Below, in pieces: positions 18,626-25,602 of a stretch of DNA of 27,630 nucleotides. Below the pieces are notes generated by a model. That model searched no databases, had not been told where the DNA came from, and worked only from the letters and a program-made list of their open reading frames with translations. The first letter of the stretch is position 1, and each line of letters starts with the position of its first letter. Made by a program: the position numbers and the translations under genes. The stretch is from Myxococcota bacterium (GTDB taxonomy: Bacteria; Myxococcota; SpSt-1050): assembly GCA_049969675.1 (NCBI GenBank), contig JBMFOP010000038.1:1-27630 (forward strand). Reading direction: 5' to 3'.

Positions 18626-21600
18626 ATGGTAAGATTAAGGTTTTTTATTATGGGATTACTGATTTCTCTCTTTCTCTCTATGTCTTATCTTAGTTGTTTT
18701 GAGAGTTCTTCTGCATTTAATAAAGTTTCAATATATGCAGAGGATGATTTCTTAAAGAGCTGGAAGGTATTGAGTCCAAAGCCAGTGGAAGATGATATCT
18801 TTTCGGTGCATTTTGCAGGGAGAGCAGCAGTGGCTTCTCTTTATGGAGGGAAAATTATTTACTCTGAAAATGCAATGATGACGATTCAGTATTATTCACT
18901 ACCTCAGGCAGATGTCTTAAATGATATAACAGATTTTTCTAACAATTTTGTGGGGGTGAGTTCTCTGGGGAAGATGTATAAATCCTCGGATGGTAAGAGC
19001 TGGTCGGTTGTCACTGGTGAGGCATTAAATAATCCTCTTACATCCGTTGCATCTGGTAATGAAGTAATCGCTGTTGGGTTTGGTGGCATAATAATATCTT
19101 CAAAAGATTTGAGCTCTTACACTAAAAAATCTACTAATACTCAAAATAATCTTCTGGATATAGCGGTATCAGATAGCAATTCATATGTTGTAGTAGGAGA
19201 GAAATCTATAGTATGCCTTTCACCAGATGGGAATACATTTACCTGTTCAACTACTTCTGCAGGTGCTGATATTGTGAGTGTTGCCTATGGAGATGGTAAA
19301 TTTGTTGCTGTAACTTCAAATAACAAACTTATGGTCTCAACAGATAGTGGGGCAAACTGGACCATCTCTGATCTGGGATTTACTGGAGTAATTTCAAGAA
19401 TAGAGTATTTCAACAATGAGTTTATAATTTATGGATTAAACGGACTGATTGCCACCTCAGCCACAGGGGATTCATTTAATAAACTCAGTGTCAGCACTGC
19501 GTATAGCATTTTTGATGTTACTTATGATGGCTCACTCTATTATCTCGTTGGACCGGGAGGTTTGGTACTCACCACATCACATCCATCTTTAGGCTTTATT
19601 AAAATCTCTCCAGATATAGCTGGAGACCTCTTTGCAATCTATAAGGGTCTTAATTATTATGTTGTAGGTGGGCGAGGTGGGACAGTTGCCTATTCTGATG
19701 ATGGTCTGGATTTTTACAATGTGTCTTCAACCGGGATTGATAATGATATAAAGGCTATTGCATCAGATAAGAATGTCAACAATGAGCAATTTTGTGCTGT
19801 GGCAAATGGTGGTTTTATCTATCGCACAAATGATATAACAGGGGGATGGACTGGATATCATCTATCAGGGAGTAATGATTTTAATGATATAATATTTGCC
19901 CTCTCAAGATTTATTCTTGCCGGAGATGCTGGAACTCTGTATGTCTCAGGTGATTGTATAAATTTTCTTCAGGTTAATACCGGTTCTCAGTCAAATTTTA
20001 AGAGGATTCTCTTTGATGGCACAAATATTCTTCTGTCCGGGAGTAATGGCACACTTTTTAAATCCACGAACCCTTCGGGCCCTTACTCAAAGCTCTCCTT
20101 CCCCGTTACATACGATATTGTGGATATGGCATATGGAAATGGGATATATTTATTCCTGACACAGGAGAAAGTAAGCGATTATGTCTACAATTCAAGGATT
20201 TATAAATCAACGGATCTGAGTAATTTTACTCTTGCAAAGGAGTATTTAAGTGTCAAACTAACCCGTGCGGCATTTGGGGCTGGATATTTTATCTTCACGA
20301 GTGGTTTTGGGAATGTCTATTATACAAAGGATGGGCAGACTTTTTCAATGACCGCAACAGGTAAGTATAAAGAGTTTCTGAATGCAGTATTTTTAGAGAA
20401 GGCATTTTATTTATCAGGGAAAGATGGGTTGCTGATCAAATCAGGTGATAATCTCGCCGGGCTTGAGCCAGAGATATCTGTATCTGTTACGGAGATTGAT
20501 TTTGGGGATGTGGTGATTAACTCCTCTTCAAATGTAGAGTCGGTAGTAGTTACAAATATTGGTAAAGGAGACCTATCTATAAGTAAGGTTACACTCACAG
20601 GAAATGATGCCAATCAGTTTAATATTGAATCAGACTCCTGTAGTTCATCCACTCTAAAAGAGAGTGAGGAGTGTATTATCTATGTGGATTTTAGGCCTAC
20701 TTCTGTTGGGAGTAAGAGTGCAGGACTTAGTATTACAAGTAATGACAGGACTCATCCGATATTTACTGTGAATCTGGTTGGTAAAGGGATTACGCCTCAA
20801 TCGGGTGTAATATCTCTTGATAAAAGCTCAATTGATTTTGGAATTGTAAAAGTAGGAAATGAGTCAACGGTTCAAAATGTAGTGGTTAAGAATGTAGGTA
20901 CACTGGATTTGAGTATTGGGAGTGTCTATCTCGGAGGGAATGATACTTCTGATTTTGAGATTAGGAGTGATAATTGCAATAGTACCACTCTAACGCCAAA
21001 TAATAGCTGCACAATTGGTCTTGTATTTAAGCCGCAGTCTCTGGGAAACAAATCTGCAGAACTTCTGATTGATTCTGATGACCCAACAAGACCTACGGCA
21101 AAAGTCATCCTCTCTGGTAGTGGAATTGACAGGGATTATCCAAACATTGTTGTTGATAATAATCAGGTTGATTTTGGTATCGTAAAATTGGGATCAGAGT
21201 CTGATATAAAATCATTGATGGTCTCAAATAACGGCAGCGCCGGACTCAATATAACAGATGTCGTTATAGATGGGAACAATTCAGCTGACTTTATTATCAA
21301 GAACGATGGCTGTAAGGCGAAAATTCTTACACCATCTTCCTCCTGTAAGATTGATTTGGCATTTAAACCTCAAAGTGTCGGGAATGAATCGGCTACTTTG
21401 AAGATATCCAGCAATGACCCGGATACACCACAATATACTGTTAATTTATATGGGACCGGTAGGGCTGCAGGTGGTCCTGCAATCAATGTCTCCCCTATGA
21501 GTCTGGATTTCGGCAAGATAAATACGGGTTATGAATCTGCTGCTCAGGATATTACTATAAAATCTGAGGGAGACTCTGATCTTTCAATCACCGCTGTCAA

Positions 21601-22264
21601 TCTTGGAGGAAATGATAAAGACCAGTTTGTTATCAAATCAAACAATTGTCCGCTAAAACTTGCACCGAATAACAGTTGTAAAGTATCAGTTTCTTTCAAA
21701 CCTACAAAATCCGGTGTTAAGAGTGCTGAGATTCAGATATCCTCAGATGACCCAACATTTGCACAGGTAAATGTCTCATTGACGGGAGAGGGTGTGGTAA
21801 ATAAGCCTTCTGCTATAAGTGTGACTCCTTCTTCCTATGATTTTGGCAAGCGTATTATTGGTAAGGTATATCCACCTGTCACATTTACAGTAAAGAATGA
21901 AGGGACCGGGAATCTGAGTATTGATTCAGTCTTGATTGAAGGTATGGATGCTCCGGTGTTTAAGATAGAATCAGATGATTGCTCTAACAATCAATTTATA
22001 CCTGATGGCTCCTGTTATATCAAAGTAAGTTTTAATCCAGTAGATGAGATATCTTATTCAGTAAATCTTGTAATTAACTCAAATGATTCAACAAAACCCA
22101 AATTTGAGGTGCCACTGAAGGGTGCAGGAATTAAGGGCGAGAGAGAGGATGCAGGGGTGACTGAGGATATTGCAAGTGAGGAGGAGACTGGTACGCAACC
22201 AATATCAGATACAAAATCAAAGGATGAATCAACCTCTGGCTGTGGATGCAGTATTGTTGAATAG
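18626..22264 (+). CDS. Large secreted/surface protein: beta-propeller-like (BNR/YCF48-like) repeats, five ASH (choice-of-anchor D) Ig-like domains, GCGC C-terminal tail
   Basis: Signal peptide; repeated 'vavG.gG.i..S.DG..w' units in the N-terminal ~600 aa; five ~110-aa repeats; acidic linker EDAGVTEDIASEEE ending SGCGCSIVE. Confidence 0.85.
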   Translation: MVRLRFFIMGLLISLFLSMSYLSCFESSSAFNKVSIYAEDDFLKSWKVLSPKPVEDDIFSVHFAGRAAVASLYGGKIIYSENAMMTIQYYSLPQADVLNDITDFSNNFVGVSSLGKMYKSSDGKSWSVVTGEALNNPLTSVASGNEVIAVGFGGIIISSKDLSSYTKKSTNTQNNLLDIAVSDSNSYVVVGEKSIVCLSPDGNTFTCSTTSAGADIVSVAYGDGKFVAVTSNNKLMVSTDSGANWTISDLGFTGVISRIEYFNNEFIIYGLNGLIATSATGDSFNKLSVSTAYSIFDVTYDGSLYYLVGPGGLVLTTSHPSLGFIKISPDIAGDLFAIYKGLNYYVVGGRGGTVAYSDDGLDFYNVSSTGIDNDIKAIASDKNVNNEQFCAVANGGFIYRTNDITGGWTGYHLSGSNDFNDIIFALSRFILAGDAGTLYVSGDCINFLQVNTGSQSNFKRILFDGTNILLSGSNGTLFKSTNPSGPYSKLSFPVTYDIVDMAYGNGIYLFLTQEKVSDYVYNSRIYKSTDLSNFTLAKEYLSVKLTRAAFGAGYFIFTSGFGNVYYTKDGQTFSMTATGKYKEFLNAVFLEKAFYLSGKDGLLIKSGDNLAGLEPEISVSVTEIDFGDVVINSSSNVESVVVTNIGKGDLSISKVTLTGNDANQFNIESDSCSSSTLKESEECIIYVDFRPTSVGSKSAGLSITSNDRTHPIFTVNLVGKGITPQSGVISLDKSSIDFGIVKVGNESTVQNVVVKNVGTLDLSIGSVYLGGNDTSDFEIRSDNCNSTTLTPNNSCTIGLVFKPQSLGNKSAELLIDSDDPTRPTAKVILSGSGIDRDYPNIVVDNNQVDFGIVKLGSESDIKSLMVSNNGSAGLNITDVVIDGNNSADFIIKNDGCKAKILTPSSSCKIDLAFKPQSVGNESATLKISSNDPDTPQYTVNLYGTGRAAGGPAINVSPMSLDFGKINTGYESAAQDITIKSEGDSDLSITAVNLGGNDKDQFVIKSNNCPLKLAPNNSCKVSVSFKPTKSGVKSAEIQISSDDPTFAQVNVSLTGEGVVNKPSAISVTPSSYDFGKRIIGKVYPPVTFTVKNEGTGNLSIDSVLIEGMDAPVFKIESDDCSNNQFIPDGSCYIKVSFNPVDEISYSVNLVINSNDSTKPKFEVPLKGAGIKGEREDAGVTEDIASEEETGTQPISDTKSKDESTSGCGCSIVE
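20465..22129 (+). repeat. Five tandem ASH/Ig-like protein-domain repeats
   Basis: Each unit reads I.v....DFG ... N.G...L.I ... G.....F.I....C ... L....C.i.v.F.P ... L.I.S.D ... V.L.G.G, with two Cys per unit; diverged at the DNA level. Confidence 0.85.
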
Positions 22265-22345
22265 AGTAAAAATCGGGCTATCCTGTTATAGAGAGTTGAA
22301 CGCTTTTAGGAAGATTTTGATCCCGAGATATCACCCTGATTTGTC

Positions 22346-22374
22346 TTGACACAGCCTTTTTATTAAAATAGATT
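22346..22374 (+). promoter_or_regulatory. Putative sigma70 promoter for the GT-C gene
   Basis: Perfect TTGACA (22346-22351), 17-bp spacer, TAGATT (22369-22374); GAGGAGG SD at 22391-22397. Confidence 0.5.
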
Positions 22375-22409
22375 TGTCAATCTTAAATTTGAGGAGGTTT
22401 TTAAGACCT

Positions 22410-24326
22410 ATGGATTTTAATGTCTTATGGCAGAATACAAAGGAAGGTAAGTACAATCTATTTCTGGTAATAGCCCTTGGAATTATGTTATTTATTCCAT
22501 TTTTAGGCAGCGTGGGCCTTCATGACCCCTGGGAGACACACTATGGCGAAGTTGCCAGGTCAATGCTCACCAGAAATGATTATATATTTCCTTACTGGGA
22601 GTCAGGATACTTCTTTTCAAAACCAGTCTTATTGATGTGGATGATGGCGGCAGGTATGCATATCTTTGGTGTGAATGAGTGGGGAGTAAGGTTCTTTATC
22701 GCTGTACTCTCAATACTCTGTATGTCTATTACCTATTGGGGTGTCTCAAGATTGATTAATAAGAGGGTAGGACTGCTTACTACTTTTGTGATGACTACAA
22801 GCCCATTCTATCTCTTCCTCTCCAAGCAGGCGATTACTGATATGCCTTTCGTGGGGAATATGACAATAGGGATGGTCTTTCTGGCGCTTGGTCTAATAGA
22901 ACAGGATGAGTCTATACCGACACTGAGGAGCAGGATAATTTTAACAGTTGTGACTTTGCTTGCTACTATTACACAATACGCATTAATGATTAATAGTGGA
23001 CATATGATGAAAGGATTAACCACTGCTGCGATAATACTCATATTTGCAGGTATTCTTGCCGGTTACTTTGCATTTACAAGGAAGAGGCAGTATGAGATAT
23101 TTCTGTTTTATGGATATATCTTCATAGGATTTGCAACGCTCGCAAAAGGGATAGGTGGTTTTGCAATACCGGGTGCCATCTGGCTACTTTATATTCTTGT
23201 AACAGGTGATTGGGGGATTTTGAAGAGGGCTATGTTGCCAATCGGAATATTTGTTTTTGGTATTATTGCGATTCCCTGGTATGCAACGCTTCTGTCATTT
23301 AATGGCAGAGATACAGAGGGATTTACATTTTATGGAAGATTCTTTGTCCACGACCATTTTAATAGACTTGCGGCAGGTGTGCATGGGGATAGGGGTTCAT
23401 TTGAATATTTCATTGAACAACTCGGATTTGGGATGTTTCCATGGAGCGCACTTATACCATTTGCCTATGTGGGTGTGCTGAAGGATACGATTCTGGATAA
23501 GGCAAGGGATTACAGGACGATTCTGCTTTATACATTGTGGGGTCTATTTGGTTATGTATTCTTTCATTTGATGATTACAAAGTTTCATCACTATATCTTC
23601 CCGGCTGTCCCCGGAATCGCTCTGGTGGTGGCAGTTTATATCGATAGACTATTAAAGGACCCGGAGAGTGAGAGCTGGCTTACCAAGGCAATAATATTTG
23701 TCTTCTTTATCATCATTGCGAGGGATATCATTCTTGACCAGCGGGTACTTGTAAATCTCTTTACCTATAAATATGATAGGCCATTTCCCACTGGTGTAAT
23801 TGAGATATGGAAATACATTGCAATATTTACTATCGGTGGGGCGCTTGTAATCTACTTTTATATCTTCAAAAAGCCCAGATTCGCCATCTACTCTTATATG
23901 GCTACTGCGCTCGCCTTTGCAATTTTTATTGTGCATGTATATTTCAATCTAATAACACCACATTATTCACAGAAGTATCTCTTTGATACTTATTATAAGA
24001 TGAGGCGAGCAAATGAGCCTATTGCGGCGTATCTTATGAACTGGAGAGGTGAGACATTCTATTCAAAGAATACAGTGAGACAGCTCAAGAGCAACTCTGA
24101 GACCAGAAGTTATGCCGATGGACCGGGCAGAAAATTCATTCTTGTTGAGGCAAGCAGATATAATTCATTAAAGAGTGCACTCTCAGAACAGATGCGAGAT
24201 AAATTGAGAATTGTAGATAGGTCATCAAACAAGTTCTATCTCACTATAGTGGACCCTGATATACCTGTTGACAATAATAAAAAGCAAGAACCGACAGGGC
24301 ATGAGCCAGAGAAGGAGATAGAGTAA
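22410..24326 (+). CDS. ArnT-like / GT39-GT83 (GT-C) membrane glycosyltransferase
   Basis: GLHDPWETHYGEVARSM, FSKPVLLMW, GVNEWGVR, ITDMPF, ATLAKG, IPWY, FPWS, TKFHHYIFP; many TM helices. ATG 22410 chosen from the SD position. Confidence 0.85.
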   Translation: MDFNVLWQNTKEGKYNLFLVIALGIMLFIPFLGSVGLHDPWETHYGEVARSMLTRNDYIFPYWESGYFFSKPVLLMWMMAAGMHIFGVNEWGVRFFIAVLSILCMSITYWGVSRLINKRVGLLTTFVMTTSPFYLFLSKQAITDMPFVGNMTIGMVFLALGLIEQDESIPTLRSRIILTVVTLLATITQYALMINSGHMMKGLTTAAIILIFAGILAGYFAFTRKRQYEIFLFYGYIFIGFATLAKGIGGFAIPGAIWLLYILVTGDWGILKRAMLPIGIFVFGIIAIPWYATLLSFNGRDTEGFTFYGRFFVHDHFNRLAAGVHGDRGSFEYFIEQLGFGMFPWSALIPFAYVGVLKDTILDKARDYRTILLYTLWGLFGYVFFHLMITKFHHYIFPAVPGIALVVAVYIDRLLKDPESESWLTKAIIFVFFIIIARDIILDQRVLVNLFTYKYDRPFPTGVIEIWKYIAIFTIGGALVIYFYIFKKPRFAIYSYMATALAFAIFIVHVYFNLITPHYSQKYLFDTYYKMRRANEPIAAYLMNWRGETFYSKNTVRQLKSNSETRSYADGPGRKFILVEASRYNSLKSALSEQMRDKLRIVDRSSNKFYLTIVDPDIPVDNNKKQEPTGHEPEKEIE

Positions 24327-24470
24327 AATTTATATAAGTTCACAGACGACAGACCACAATAAATACAAAATTATCAGATTTGCCAAGAAACCACCGCTGT
24401 CCAGAATAATCTGCTTTGAATTGTTAACTATTTGCCCCCAACAACTAAATCCCTATATCCTTTTGAAATC

Positions 24471-24745
24471 TTATGTCTCATTTACTGCACCATAAAATTG
24501 ACGCTTGAAGATATCTATAGAATTTGTTTCGTCATAAAGAGTTTTTACTTTATGTTCTTTATTTATAAGACCCCGATGACTCTCTGCCATATTTTTATAA
24601 AAGTCAAAGATTTGATACACTACCTAAAAATTTTGTCCGAATTGTTTAGCCATTATCTATCGTAATATTTTGTCTTATAACCATCCTCACCATCTCTCTT
24701 ACTCCCATATATACCTCTGTATTTATCTTCCTGATACAAATTCAT
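24471..24745 (-). pseudogene. Chain of short coupled ORFs / possible gene remnant downstream of the HEAT-like gene
   Basis: 30-aa ORF 24745-24653 starts in an ATGA overlap with the upstream stop; a TAATG overlap then opens a 60-codon frame 24653-24471 interrupted by one TAG at codon 10. Confidence 0.25.
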
Positions 24746-25581
24746 TTATCTTTTTGTTCAACATAATCAGGGTCAATAATAACCCTTATCCCGTATCCAA
24801 TCTTGGAACAAGGGTTGTCATCAAATTTCCACTTTATTTGATAATAATTAAGAAGGGGTAATACAGCATCCCTTACGGGATAAATCTTACACTTCTCTGT
24901 ACACTTCTCAGGGTCAATAGGCGGATTCTTCCACTGAAGACATCCAAACTGCCCTGCTCGTTCAAAATATGGGTCATTGTTTAACTTCAATATATATGGC
25001 TTCATCTCCTCCTTTGTAAATCTCTTCATATGCCCACCTTTAGAAAATGCCCAGACGGCACTTTCTCTAAATTCCCAATATACATCGTCAAATAACTTAA
25101 ATATCTCCCCAGTTACATCCATATCTCCCAGATGCCCAAGTCCCAATATCACTGACTTTCTATAACACTCATTAACTTTGGCTCTATGAGAATACAACTC
25201 CTTCTTCAACCTCTCTCTAAAATCAGGAATCCCCTTCTTAACAATGCTTGGGAAATATTTATCAAACTCTGTTTTATAGGGATAATACTGACACATACTA
25301 AACGCATAGTCCATTATATACGAATATTTATCATCCAGGCTAAAATCCCCAGAATCTAATATAAACTCAATAGCACTAAATACGGTGACCTTTTCATATC
25401 CACTCTTCGCAAGGTGCCCGTTTTTTAGTAGATATATCTGCTCATCAACGGATCTCTTAAAGCGACTTTTTTCAACTATTCTCCTAAATGCCTCATAATC
25501 ACCATTTGCTGGCTCAATTTCCTCCGAATATATCGCATAGCCTGAAATCAGAAATATAAACAATACCAATATCTTTTTCAT
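24742..25581 (-). CDS. Secreted helical (HEAT-repeat-like) protein; candidate immunity/partner protein
   Basis: Signal peptide MKKILVLFIFLISGYAIYS; HEAT-like units RKSVILGLGHLGD...LFDDVYWEFRESAVWAF and YPVRDAVLPLL; very strong SD AAGGAGGAGG (25591-25600); 21 nt downstream of the large gene. Confidence 0.7.
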   Translation of the reverse strand: MKKILVLFIFLISGYAIYSEEIEPANGDYEAFRRIVEKSRFKRSVDEQIYLLKNGHLAKSGYEKVTVFSAIEFILDSGDFSLDDKYSYIMDYAFSMCQYYPYKTEFDKYFPSIVKKGIPDFRERLKKELYSHRAKVNECYRKSVILGLGHLGDMDVTGEIFKLFDDVYWEFRESAVWAFSKGGHMKRFTKEEMKPYILKLNNDPYFERAGQFGCLQWKNPPIDPEKCTEKCKIYPVRDAVLPLLNYYQIKWKFDDNPCSKIGYGIRVIIDPDYVEQKDK

Positions 25582-25602
25582 CTTACTAATCCTCCTCCTT
25601 TT

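Noticed and set aside
20465..22129. CRISPR array or DNA tandem repeat
   Set aside because: The repetition is at protein-domain level inside an intact ORF, with diverged nucleotide sequence.
24432..24861. Plus-strand ORFs 24432..24665 and 24670..24861
   Set aside because: TTG starts without SD and no recognisable features; the second overlaps a real minus-strand gene.
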